A stretch of 60,475 nt of DNA, filler included, from Sphingomonadaceae bacterium (GCA_050261575.1; 3 parts of 3 records of this genome joined end to end with filler, not necessarily neighbours in it); one strand, 5' to 3'; counted from the whole stretch's first letter, positions 19,806-29,040 are shown. The notes: generated from the letters alone by a model not told the origin. Numbers and translations are program-made.

Positions 19806-20699
19806 CTATCCCCTCCAGAACCTGCCCGGCCAGTCGCGCTTGTCGTCGGGGACGTGGATGTCGAACTTCTTGACCTCCTCGAGGAAGGCGGCCAGGTGGT
19901 CACTGATCCGCTCAAAGACCGCGAAGCCCTGCTCCTCGCTGGAGCGCAGGGGGTTGCCGATGGTGGCGGTGTCGGAGTACTCGTGGTGCAGCATCGGGAC
20001 GAAGATGTTCTCGGAGCCCTGGAAGATGACGGTGTCGGTGCCGTCCTTCTTCGCGAAGGCCGGACCCATCCACTTGGGGGCGTGTGCCCTGTCCGGCTTG
20101 GCCCTCTCCATCTTGACGGAGCCCTCGTACAGCCCCTTCTCGCGCAGGTAGGCCATGGTGGTGGAGGTCTCGAGCTCGCCCGCGTGCCAGCCTGGGGTCT
20201 CCTCGGGAGGACCCTGCAGCAGGTCGGCCACGACCACGCATTCCCGCTCCGTCGGGGTCTTGTAGTAGGCGCAGAAGCAGCCCGTCTCGGCGCGCAGGGT
20301 GCGGAGGGCTTCCTTCTGGGGACCCATGTTGGTGCCGTGGTGGGAGACGAAGACCAGCTTGTTGAAGCCGGCGAAGATGAGGCTCCGGCCGATGGAGTAG
20401 AGCACCTGCCGGTAGACCTCGGCGGGGAGGGAGATGCTGCCGGTGCCCCAGCCGGGCTCGCCCATGTGGTGGGGAGAGTGGCCGAAGGGGAGCAGCGGGG
20501 CGTAGGGGACCTTGGCCTTCACGGCCGCCCTCTCGACGCTTCCCATAGTGGTGAAGGAGTCGACGCCCAGGGGCACGTGGTGGCCGTGCTTCTCCATGCT
20601 CCCAACGGGGATCATCACCACGTCGTTGCCGGCCTTGATCCAGTCGGCCACGTCGGTCCAGGGCAACTCCAACAGGTTGTACTTCTCCAGCTCTGCCAC
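19806..20699 (-). CDS. Creatininase-family amidohydrolase
   Basis: PVGSMEKHGHHVPLGVD, SHHGTN, WHAGELETS; AGGAGG RBS before GTG 20699. Confidence 0.92.
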   Translation of the reverse strand: MAELEKYNLLELPWTDVADWIKAGNDVVMIPVGSMEKHGHHVPLGVDSFTTMGSVERAAVKAKVPYAPLLPFGHSPHHMGEPGWGTGSISLPAEVYRQVLYSIGRSLIFAGFNKLVFVSHHGTNMGPQKEALRTLRAETGCFCAYYKTPTERECVVVADLLQGPPEETPGWHAGELETSTTMAYLREKGLYEGSVKMERAKPDRAHAPKWMGPAFAKKDGTDTVIFQGSENIFVPMLHHEYSDTATIGNPLRSSEEQGFAVFERISDHLAAFLEEVKKFDIHVPDDKRDWPGRFWRG

Positions 20700-20728
20700 G
20701 GTTTTCCTCCTTTTGATTGGGTCGCGGT

Positions 20729-21751
20729 TCACCGCAACGGTTCGCCCGATGACTGTCTCACCACCAACTGGGTGGGAAGCAAGATGGTTTGCTCGGTGGT
20801 ATCGCCCGCCAGCAACTGCAGCAGCAGCCGGGCAGCCGAGGCACCCATCTCGTAGGTCGGGAGCGCCACGGTCGTGAGGCTGGGCCTCACGTAGCGCCCC
20901 GCGGGGATGTCGTCGAACCCCACCACGGCCAGCTCCTCCGGAACCGCGGTGCCCAGATCGCGAGCAGCCGCCAGCACACCTAGGGCCATCTGATCGTTGG
21001 CGGCGAAGATGGCGGTCGGCCGCTGCCCGACTGCCTGGGACAGCAGGGAGAGGATGGCTTGGTAGCCGCTCTCGAACCCGAAGTCCCCCTCTCGGATCAG
21101 CGTCTCCCAGGGGCCGGCGCCCACCAACTCCAGCATCGCCTGCCGGTATCCCTTCATTCGGTCTCGGGCGCTCGTCAGCGCCGTCGGGCCTCCCAAGTAG
21201 GCGATCCGCCGGTGGCCCAGGGCGATCAGGTGGGAGGTGGCCTCGTAGGCGGCGCGGGTGTTGTCGATCTGGACGGAGGGGAGAGGCCACCGATGTCTAC
21301 CGATCAGGACGACCCGGTCGCCGATCTCATCGGGGGTGAGATGCTCCCCGTCGGTTTCGATGCCCCCGCCGGCAAAGATGATGCCGTCGGCCTGCTTCTC
21401 TCGCAGCACCTCCAGGTAGCTGCGGAGTTTCGCCAGGTTGCGGTCGGTGTTGCAGAAGATGACGGTGTAGCCGTGCTCGCTGGCGACATCCTCGACACCT
21501 CGGGACAGGAGCGGGTAGTAGGGGTTGGAGATGTCGGGGATGATCAGGCCGATGGTGGAGGTGGACTTTCCCAGGAGGCCGCGAGCCAGGGGGCTTGGCC
21601 TGAAATCCAGCGCCTCGATCGCCTCGATGACCCTCCGGCGGGTTTCGGGTCGCATGGGGTAGCCGGTGTCGTTGAGGACCCGGGAGACGGTGGTGATCGA
21701 GACGCCGGCCCTTGCGGCGACGTCCTGGATGGTCGCGGCCCTTCTCTCCAC
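20729..21751 (-). CDS. LacI-family transcriptional regulator
   Basis: TIQDVAARAGVSITTVSRVLN HTH plus sugar-binding domain (VVGFDD, PSLTTV). Confidence 0.96.
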   Translation of the reverse strand: MERRAATIQDVAARAGVSITTVSRVLNDTGYPMRPETRRRVIEAIEALDFRPSPLARGLLGKSTSTIGLIIPDISNPYYPLLSRGVEDVASEHGYTVIFCNTDRNLAKLRSYLEVLREKQADGIIFAGGGIETDGEHLTPDEIGDRVVLIGRHRWPLPSVQIDNTRAAYEATSHLIALGHRRIAYLGGPTALTSARDRMKGYRQAMLELVGAGPWETLIREGDFGFESGYQAILSLLSQAVGQRPTAIFAANDQMALGVLAAARDLGTAVPEELAVVGFDDIPAGRYVRPSLTTVALPTYEMGASAARLLLQLLAGDTTEQTILLPTQLVVRQSSGEPLR

Positions 21752-21766
21752 TCAGAAAGCCCTTTC

Positions 21767-21819
21767 AGAAAAGGTTTTCTACGGCCGGGATTGTAAGCCC
21801 ACGCGCGCGGCGTTGTCAA
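21767..21819 (-). promoter_or_regulatory. Promoter plus putative LacI-type operator
   Basis: Minus-strand TTGACA (21819-21814)-18 nt-TACAAT (21795-21790); palindrome AGAAAA-gg-TTTTCT at 21767-21780, just downstream of the predicted +1. Confidence 0.7.
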
Positions 21820-21904
21820 GGGGTTTTCCGAGAGGAATCCGCGGCATCTCCCTCCGAGGCCGTCTACCCCCATCTCGGATGGGGTCTCCCGGGCGCTCCT
21901 GGTC

Positions 21905-22282
21905 TCAGGCCGCCTTCAGCCTCGCCTCGGGCTGGCTCCCCTCCAGGGGGTAGCCCCTCGCCTGCCAGCCATGGATGCCACCCGTCAGTGCCCTCACGTT
22001 GTCGTAGCCCCGCCGCATCAACAGCAGCGCCGCACGGGCGCTGGTCTCCTCGTGGGGTCAAGCTCAATAGAGGATGATCGTGCGGTCGTGGGGAAGCTCT
22101 TCGGCACGCAGGGGGATCTGCATCAGTGGCATGCAGACGGCCCTCGGCACGTGGCTGCGGTTGAATGCCTCGGGGTTCCGCACGTCGACGAAGAGAGCCG
22201 TGCCCCGATCGAACTCGGCCTTCGCCTCCTCCAGATCGATCTTGGGCGCCTTGCCCAGGTCCAGTGGCTGCGGCTTCATCAT
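21905..22282 (-). CDS. Rhodanese-like protein with two in-frame UGA codons (putative UxU selenoprotein)
   Basis: FVDVRN..AFNRSHVPRA...IILY-TGA-A-TGA-PHEETSARAALLLMRRGYDNVRALTGGIHGWQARGYPLE; the rhodanese C-terminal half continues in frame to a stop at 21907-21905. Confidence 0.85.
22025..22043 (-). promoter_or_regulatory. Putative bacterial SECIS hairpin
   Basis: CAGCGCC-cgugc-GGCGCUG begins 14 nt after the second UGA; G at loop position 2. Confidence 0.6.
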
Positions 22283-22361
22283 TTCTCGCTCCTGACCTCT
22301 CTGAATCGGCCGGCCCCCAGCGCCCGCCGGCTCGAACAGATCGAGAGCGCAAAGGGCGTGC

Positions 22362-22739
22362 CTATCGTGGGGAGGTCGAGGGGGTGCTGCTCAGCAGCTC
22401 CGCCAGCCGAGCCGCGACATCCTGGCTCGTGGATCCTTCGGGCACGGGCAGCGCCTCGACGAGGTCCCTCGCGATCTCGACCACGGTGGCTCGGGTGGCC
22501 GCCTCTACCGGCAGCGTCACGTCCACCGACTCGCTCTCCACTATCACTTGCCGGTGATGGGCGTCCACGTGGTGGACCTGCAGGGTTACCACCTGCGCGT
22601 CCCTCTGAAACTCGGTCACGTCGGGCTCGGGGATGTGGAGGGTTTCTCGGAACCCCGCCTCCTTCAGCACCTGCGAGAGCTTCTCCACGAAGATCCCAGC
22701 TAGGTAGGTCTTCAGAGAAGCATCAAGTCTCTTTGCCAT
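22362..22739 (-). CDS. Hypothetical protein overlapping the antiporter 3' end
   Basis: 125-aa ORF, GAGGTG RBS, good codon usage. Confidence 0.75.
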   Translation of the reverse strand: MAKRLDASLKTYLAGIFVEKLSQVLKEAGFRETLHIPEPDVTEFQRDAQVVTLQVHHVDAHHRQVIVESESVDVTLPVEAATRATVVEIARDLVEALPVPEGSTSQDVAARLAELLSSTPSTSPR

Positions 22740-24036
22740 GCTCGCTATCCACCTCACTTTCGGCTTGGGCCTCGGACCAGGCTCCGCGCGTGCCTGGTCC
22801 ACCCTTCTTGAACATCGGCACCAGGAGGATCGGCGCCAGCACCGTGGTGATGAAGGTCATCATGACGGAGACCCCGAAAACGTCTGCCTGGATGACTCCT
22901 CGGCTGAGCCCGACTCCGGCGACGATCAGCGCAACTTCCCCTCGTGGCATCATCCCTACGCCGATCCTGCCTGCGCCGGTCAGGTTGAACCCCAGCCCCA
23001 GGGATGGGAGCCCACAGCCCAAGACCTTCCCGAGGATGGCCAGGATGCTGATCACCAATCCGAACAGCAGAACAGACCCCATCGCGCTGAAGTCCACCAG
23101 CATTCCCATCACCACGAAGAAGATGGGGACGAAGGCGTGGAAGATCGACTCCATCGGCTCACGCAGGGTGTCCGCGATGTCGGTCTTGGAGAGTGCGAGC
23201 CCGATGGTGTAGGCACCGATGATCATTGCGAGGCCGAACATCTCGGCTAGTGCTGCCGCCAGGAAGGCGATGGCCAGTGCTAGGGTTACCGGTGCCCCCG
23301 AGGAGCGGAACGAGGACAGGAAGTTCGAGATCCGCTGGGACAGCAGGATGCCGATTGCCATCAACCCCAGCCAGAAGCCCATGGCCTTTCCGGCCACCAG
23401 CGCCAGATTCCACAGGGAGACGTCCCCGCTTGCACCCAGGCTCACCACTATTGCCAGGACTATGATGCCCAGCACATCATCGATCACTGCCCCGGCCAGG
23501 ATGGTGACCCCTTCGGGTGTGTCCAGCTTCCCGATGTCTCCCAGCACCCTGGCTGTGATGCCCACGGAGGTGGCAGTCATTATGGCGCCCATGAATAGGG
23601 CGATCGGGTCCATCGGGTCCCTGGCCTGGCCGAAGGCCACGGTTGCCAGGTTCCCCAGGGCGAATGGCAGGATGACACCCCCCATCGCCACCACGAAGGC
23701 GGGCCCTCCGTATCGGAAAAACAGGTCGAAGTCGGTTTCGAGTCCGGCGTAGAAGAGCAGGATCACCGCGCCTATTTGGGCGACGGACCACAGCTCCGGC
23801 GACACGGGGACTACCGAGCCCGGTTCGGTACGGCCGAACAAAGTGCCGATCAGCGGCAGGCTCACTCCCCCCAGGGCGTAGGGTCCGATTGCCACGCCGG
23901 CCAGCAGCTCACCCAGCACGCTGGGTTGCTTCAGCCACCGCTCGAAGATCTCTCCTCCCAGCTTGGCGGCGATCAGGATCACCGACAACTGGAGCACCAG
24001 GTGGGCAACCAGCTCCGTGATGTTGGTCGATTCCAA
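22723..24036 (-). CDS. Cation:proton antiporter (CPA2 / Na_H_Exchanger)
   Basis: QPSVLGELLAGVAIGP, TATSVGITA, AVIDDVLG, MMPRGEVAL; start at TTG 24036 or ATG 24063. Confidence 0.94.
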   Translation of the reverse strand: MESTNITELVAHLVLQLSVILIAAKLGGEIFERWLKQPSVLGELLAGVAIGPYALGGVSLPLIGTLFGRTEPGSVVPVSPELWSVAQIGAVILLFYAGLETDFDLFFRYGGPAFVVAMGGVILPFALGNLATVAFGQARDPMDPIALFMGAIMTATSVGITARVLGDIGKLDTPEGVTILAGAVIDDVLGIIVLAIVVSLGASGDVSLWNLALVAGKAMGFWLGLMAIGILLSQRISNFLSSFRSSGAPVTLALAIAFLAAALAEMFGLAMIIGAYTIGLALSKTDIADTLREPMESIFHAFVPIFFVVMGMLVDFSAMGSVLLFGLVISILAILGKVLGCGLPSLGLGFNLTGAGRIGVGMMPRGEVALIVAGVGLSRGVIQADVFGVSVMMTFITTVLAPILLVPMFKKGGPGTRGAWSEAQAESEVDSEHGKET

Positions 24037-24186
24037 GTCTGTCTCCCCTCTTCCTTGATTCATCCCCGACTGGACCGCGTCTGGGGCTGGCCGATCGCAC
24101 GTGGAGCAGAATCCACTCCTGCCAGAGGCCGCGTCTGTTGGTAGGCGATGGTGCCTGCAACCTCGGGAGTGTGAGCCGACGGACAC

Positions 24187-24216
24187 AAAAAGGGAGACCG
24201 CCTGGCAGTCTCCCCC
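24187..24216 (-). terminator. Intrinsic terminator within the antiporter 5' leader
   Basis: Minus-strand GGGAGACUGC-cag-GCGGUCUCCC-UUUUU; the U-G pair supports this orientation. Confidence 0.8.
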
Positions 24217-24290
24217 TAGCCGCGCATGGTAACGGGTGCGGGCGCCCCGAGCCGGAATGCTGACGTGTTGTTGGCTACCTGTGTACCAGA

Positions 24291-24319
24291 ACTCTACCTG
24301 GGGCATAAGTGCTTGTCAA
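24291..24319 (-). promoter_or_regulatory. Sigma70-type promoter
   Basis: Minus-strand TTGACA-17 nt-TAGAGT. Confidence 0.7.
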
Positions 24320-24370
24320 GATCCCCCGGCAGGGCACAACCCTTGCTGCGACACGGGGAATCTCGATCGG

Positions 24371-25042
24371 ATGGGACGAGAATGGAAGATCGGGCAGAAG
24401 GCCCTCGCTACCATTCTCCTCGGGGAATTCGTCGATACCGGAGTCATCATGGCAGTGGTCGTGCTCAACACCGTCGTGGGCTTCGTCCAGGAGTTCGAGG
24501 CCGAGCAGGCCCTCCGGGCACTCGCCCAGATGATCGTCGCCCGGGCCGCGGTGGTACGAGACGGCGAGGGGCGGGAGATCGACTCCCGGAGGCTGGTGTC
24601 CGGCGACGCGGTGCTATGCGAATCTGGAGTTGGGGCTCCGGCCGACCTCCGCCTCTTTCGTGCCATCGACCTCCAGGCGGTCGAATCCACCCTCACGGGC
24701 GAGTCGGGTCCAGTCACCAAGGCCACGGAACCCCTTCCCGACCCGAACCTTCCCATCGGGGATCGCATCAACATGGACTTCATGGGGGCAAGCGTCGTTC
24801 GGGGGCGCGGATCGGGGTTGGGAGTGGAGACCGGTACGCACACCGTCGCTTCCATCGCGGTGGCCCTGGGTCTGCACGTGCTCGCCCTCTACTGTGCCCC
24901 GCTGAAATACGCATTGCGACTGGAGCCGCGGGTTGCCGACGACAGGGCGGTGATGGCGGACGTAGCGGCCTCGGTGCTGGTGTTGGTGGAGCTGGAGAAG
25001 GCAACCAGACGGAGGAGCGCTGCGAGGATGGGGCGAAGGTGA
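24371..25042 (+). pseudogene. Internally deleted P-type cation-transporting ATPase remnant
   Basis: GFVQE..AEQAL, PADLRL and ESTLTGES actuator region joined directly to C-terminal helices (VELEK); no DKTGT phosphorylation domain. Confidence 0.8.
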
Positions 25043-26133
25043 TCACCAACTTCTTTGCGGGACGTTTCGGGCGTGCGTCTGCCCTGGCGATCGCCCTGCT
25101 GACGGTCGCTGTCATCCTGGTCGTGGATCTGTGTTTCTCTCCTCGGCGGGTCCCAATCAGGATCCTGTATGCCATTCCCATCATGCTGGCGGCACGATTC
25201 GTTGGCCTTAGGGAGGCGACTCTGGTGACGCTGGTCGCCATCGCCTTCAGTCTGCTGGATGGCTGGCTAACGGGTATCGACATCCAGACCGAGATCCTTG
25301 CCACGGTGGCGCTCGGCGTCGTCGGCGTCTTGAGCCTGCTGTGGGCTCGGGCGGAGCGGCGGGCGGCGGCCCTGGCGGAGGAGCGTGCTGGCCTGCATCA
25401 GCAGGCGCGGCAACGGGCAGCGGAGTCGGAGGACGCGCGGGAGCGGCTGCTCCACTTCTTCGCCCTGGTGGCTCACGATCTCCGAAACCCCTTGACGGCC
25501 ATCAGCGGTTACACCCAGATGCTCTCGCGATGGGACTCCCTGCCGCCGGAGACCCGCGAGCGGGTGGTGAAGGGCATCCAGTTATCCCTCCGCCAGTTGA
25601 CGCGGCTCTCCAACGATCTGCTCGACGCGTCTCGGATCGGCGCCAGCCGCTTCGAGATCCAGCGGTATCGCTGTGACTTGGTGGCCCTGTGCCGCGAGAT
25701 CGTGGGGCAAAGAAGGACGACCACTTCAGTACACAGACTCGTGATGGAGACGCAACTCGATCGACTCGAAGGGTGTTTCGATTGCGATCGCATAGCTCAA
25801 GCGGTCGGGAATCTGATCGACAACGCCATCAAGTACTCGCCAGCGGGTGGGGAGGTGAAGGTGAGGCTGGAGCGCGTGGGTGACCGAGCCAGGATAGAGG
25901 TGAGCGACCAGGGGATCGGCATCGCACCGGAGGATATCGATAAGCTGTTTCAGCCCTACAGCCGGCTGCACCGGGGCCCTGAGATCCGGGGGATGGGGCT
26001 GGGGCTCTACATCGTGAGGGCTATCGTGGAGGCTCACGAGGGAACGATCACCGTGCAGAGCCAACTTGGAAAGGGGAGCACCTTCACCATCGACCTGCCT
26101 GTGCGCACCCAGCCAGCGGCTCCGGAAGCGTGA
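25039..26133 (+). CDS. Membrane sensor histidine kinase (HisKA-HATPase)
   Basis: N-terminal TMs; AHDLRNPLT, NLIDNAIKYS, DQGIGI, GMGLGLYI. Confidence 0.92.
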   Translation: MITNFFAGRFGRASALAIALLTVAVILVVDLCFSPRRVPIRILYAIPIMLAARFVGLREATLVTLVAIAFSLLDGWLTGIDIQTEILATVALGVVGVLSLLWARAERRAAALAEERAGLHQQARQRAAESEDARERLLHFFALVAHDLRNPLTAISGYTQMLSRWDSLPPETRERVVKGIQLSLRQLTRLSNDLLDASRIGASRFEIQRYRCDLVALCREIVGQRRTTTSVHRLVMETQLDRLEGCFDCDRIAQAVGNLIDNAIKYSPAGGEVKVRLERVGDRARIEVSDQGIGIAPEDIDKLFQPYSRLHRGPEIRGMGLGLYIVRAIVEAHEGTITVQSQLGKGSTFTIDLPVRTQPAAPEA

Positions 26134-26197
26134 GACGAACCGAAGGAGCCAATGGAGTTCGAAACACCGACCGCCATCTTCCCACGACCTAGTCCGG

Positions 26198-26473
26198 CTA
26201 CTCCGGCTTGCCCCGGCCTCTGTCGACGCCCTCTCTAGAGAGCGAGTCCCGCAGCCGTTCGACCTCGACCCGCAACCCCTGGATCTCCTGTGTCATGCGG
26301 CGTATGATTCCTCGTTCGGCGATCCGCTCGCTTTGCCTCACCTCCTCGGTCCGCTGAGCCACCCGCTCGTCTGCCAGAAAGGAGGCAATGGACGCGGTGA
26401 CGTAGCCGAACACCGCCAGGCCGACGAGTCGCTGGGGGGCGCGCCTTCTCCGCTCTGTCGTCTGCCTGCTCAT
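26198..26473 (-). pseudogene. C-terminal fragment of an ion (K+) channel-like protein
   Basis: VGLAVFGYVTASIASFL (inner-helix-like) plus coiled coil EIQGLRVEVERL; pore loop missing. Confidence 0.55.
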
Positions 26474-26708
26474 CTTGTCCCAACAACTCTGACGCACGGA
26501 ACCTGCCCGGCACTCGTCGTCTGCTGGGGACAGGGCCAGACTGGCTGCGGCGCAAGCCCCATGCCGGTGAGAGCCGTCCTTGACATATCCGAGGCCGCGC
26601 ATAGACAATGACGGCGGCTGGCGGGGCGCCGAACCTGCAGCGGGTGCTGCCCGCCGGCCCCGAGGCAACATCTCCCGAGAGCAGCGACTTTTCGTTGGAG
26701 GATTGCAG

Positions 26709-27743
26709 GTGAGCGGATCCATGGGCTTTGCCGCGGCGGTCGGCCGGCCGCTTCCCAGGGTGGCGTTGGGTATGGGCGACCCCGCGGGCATCGGACCCGA
26801 GATCGTGGTGAAGGCGTTATCGGATCCGGATGTCTACCAGCTATGCGTCCCGGTGGTGATTGGGGATGCGCGGGTGCTGGCTGAGGCGCCGGGCTGGCGC
26901 GGCGGCGAGCCTCGCATCGTGCGGATATCCGAGGTGGAGGAGGCCAAGCCGGAGCCCGGGGTGTTGCCTGTGCTGGATCTGGCCAACGTCCCCTCCTCCG
27001 TGAAGCCCGCCGTGGCCAGCGCCGAGGGCGGTCGCGCGTCGGTGGAGTATCTGACCCGAGGTGTGGAGCTGGCCCTGGCCGGCCGGGTGGAGGCCGTGGT
27101 GTCGGCCCCCTTCAACAAGGAGGCCATGAAGAAGGGTGGATTCCACTACCTGGACGAGTACGGCTATCTCTCGGAACTGTGCGGCGTCCAGGAGTGCACG
27201 GTGCTGATGGTGAGCCCTCGAGTGACCCTGGCCTCGGTGACCCTCCACGTGCCTATGCGGGAGATGGCCCGGTTGATCACTCGGGATCGTGTCCTCGCGA
27301 CCATCCGCTACAGCGATGGGGCGGCGAAGGCTGCCGGTATCGCTCGTCCGCGGATCGGCGTGGCTGCCCTGAACCCCCACGCAGGCGAGGGGGGAACGCT
27401 CGGCTCAGAGGAATCGGAGGCGATCCGCCCGGCCGTGGAGGCGGCGAGGGCGGAGGGGATCGACGCGCACGGCCCCTTCCCGGCCGATACCTTCTTCATG
27501 ACGGTGAAGGATCCGATCTACGACGTGTACGTGGGGATGTACCACGACCAGGGAAGAATAGCGCTCAAGCTGGTTGATTTCGGGCGCGCAACCACTATGG
27601 CGGAGGGGCTGCCGGTGCTCTTCTGCACCGTGGGACACGGCACGGCCTACGATATAGTGGGCAAAGGGGTGGCCAACCACGAGAATCTGAAGGATACCCT
27701 GATGCTGGCCGCCAGGCGGGCCGTGGGCCGGCGGAAGCGGTAG
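26709..27743 (+). CDS. pdxA: PdxA-family 4-hydroxythreonine-4-phosphate / threonate-4-phosphate dehydrogenase
   Basis: MGDPAGIGPE, ALNPHAGE, GPFPADT, MYHDQG, HGTAYDI. Confidence 0.92.
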   Translation: MSGSMGFAAAVGRPLPRVALGMGDPAGIGPEIVVKALSDPDVYQLCVPVVIGDARVLAEAPGWRGGEPRIVRISEVEEAKPEPGVLPVLDLANVPSSVKPAVASAEGGRASVEYLTRGVELALAGRVEAVVSAPFNKEAMKKGGFHYLDEYGYLSELCGVQECTVLMVSPRVTLASVTLHVPMREMARLITRDRVLATIRYSDGAAKAAGIARPRIGVAALNPHAGEGGTLGSEESEAIRPAVEAARAEGIDAHGPFPADTFFMTVKDPIYDVYVGMYHDQGRIALKLVDFGRATTMAEGLPVLFCTVGHGTAYDIVGKGVANHENLKDTLMLAARRAVGRRKR

Positions 27744-27821
27744 TAGAGGGTGCAGGGCGGGGGGGGTATCCCCTGCCTCCCCACCCGCCATCGGATCGAC
27801 GGCGGGGGAGAAGACTCCGCC

Positions 27822-28076
27822 CTACGCCTGTGCCTCTTCGGTCACGGGCTCCAGGTAGAGAACGTACTCCTGCCCGTGCCAGTAGACGTCCACCATGCTC
27901 TCGCCCCCGTGGTAGAGGCGGAAGGTCTTCAGGTCCACACCCAGGTCTTGCAGATCCTCGGCGGTGATGATCTTTCCCTCGACCCTATCCCTCAAGTCCT
28001 GGGGTACCTCCGAGGTATGGAGGTGCTGTTCAGGGCGGATAGAGGCAACTCGGAACTTATCGGTGCTGACAGCCAT
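27822..28076 (-). CDS. Hypothetical protein (84 aa)
   Basis: GGAGG RBS, ATG start, protein-like composition. Confidence 0.7.
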   Translation of the reverse strand: MAVSTDKFRVASIRPEQHLHTSEVPQDLRDRVEGKIITAEDLQDLGVDLKTFRLYHGGESMVDVYWHGQEYVLYLEPVTEEAQA

Positions 28077-28197
28077 GCGTCGTTTCCTCCGTGGCTCGGA
28101 TGGCCTCGCCACCGCTCCGCAAGAGGCGCGCCATGGGCGGCATGCAGAATGCTGAGGGATAGTGGACCCAGCCGAAGGGGAGGTCAGCGACGGGGAA

Positions 28198-29040
28198 ATG
28201 GAGATGGTGGAGCGGCTCTCTCTCATGGCGATCCTCGCCCATCCGGACGACGAGTCGTTCGGCAACGGCGGAACCTTGGCCAAATACGCCGAGGAAGGGG
28301 TGTTCACATCCCTGGTGATGGCGACCCGTGGCGAGGCAGGTGAGATCAGCGACCCGGCTTTGGCGGAACGGGACAACCTGGGGCAGGTGAGGGAGCAGGA
28401 GCTGAAGCTGGCCTGCTCCATCCTGGCGGTGGGCCACCTCCGCTTCCTCGACTACGTGGACGGCACGCTGCAATCCATCGACCAACGGGAATGCGTTGGC
28501 AAGATGGTGAGGTCCATCCGGGAGATGAGGCCGCAGGTGATCCTCACCTTCGGGCCGGATGGGGTGTACGGCCATCCGGATCACGTGGCGGTGAGCCAGA
28601 TGGCTACCGACGCGTTCAGACTCGCTGGAGACAACGCCGCCTACCCCGAGCAGTTTGGAGACGGCCTGAGGCCCTGGACCCCCCTGAAGCTCTACTACGT
28701 GGCCCCCCCCCGCGAACGATTCCGGAGGATGGGCGAACTCGTCGCCCAGATGCTACCGCATGCCACCTGGCAGGGCCCCGATTGGGCCAGCTTCGGGGTT
28801 CCCGAGGAGGGCATCACCACCTGCGTGGATGTGGGCAGGTACGTGGACACCAAGCTAGCGGCCATCGCCGCCCACCAGACCCAACTGCCGGCGGACCACC
28901 CGTTCGCCATGCTGCCTAGGGACCTACAGAGGGAGTTCTTCCGGGAGGAGTGCTACGTCCTGGCCGAGAGCAGGGTCTCACCGCCCGAGGGACGGGAGAC
29001 CGATCTCTTCGCCCGCATCGGCCAGGCCACGAGGGGCTAG
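28198..29040 (+). CDS. PIG-L/LmbE-family deacetylase (MshB/BshB-like)
   Basis: AHPDDE, TRGEAGE, GVYGHPDH, AHQTQ. Confidence 0.93.
   Translation: MEMVERLSLMAILAHPDDESFGNGGTLAKYAEEGVFTSLVMATRGEAGEISDPALAERDNLGQVREQELKLACSILAVGHLRFLDYVDGTLQSIDQRECVGKMVRSIREMRPQVILTFGPDGVYGHPDHVAVSQMATDAFRLAGDNAAYPEQFGDGLRPWTPLKLYYVAPPRERFRRMGELVAQMLPHATWQGPDWASFGVPEEGITTCVDVGRYVDTKLAAIAAHQTQLPADHPFAMLPRDLQREFFREECYVLAESRVSPPEGRETDLFARIGQATRG

Noticed and set aside
22064..22282. 72-aa ORF or rhodanese pseudogene interpretation
   Set aside because: The downstream frame is intact, both stops are TGA at Cys-equivalent positions and a SECIS-like hairpin follows, so recoding is the better explanation.
24143..24160. 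GGCGATGGTG resembling the start of a fluoride riboswitch
   Set aside because: It is on the wrong strand for the antiporter and lacks the TCGCC pairing and downstream GCTGATG elements.
24226..26133. 635-aa kinase ORF as called in the track
   Set aside because: The first ~270 codons are an off-frame read of the ATPase remnant; the real start is probably GTG 25039. Similar over-extension affects the track ORFs at 19806-21290, 18409-19743 and 58409-60097.
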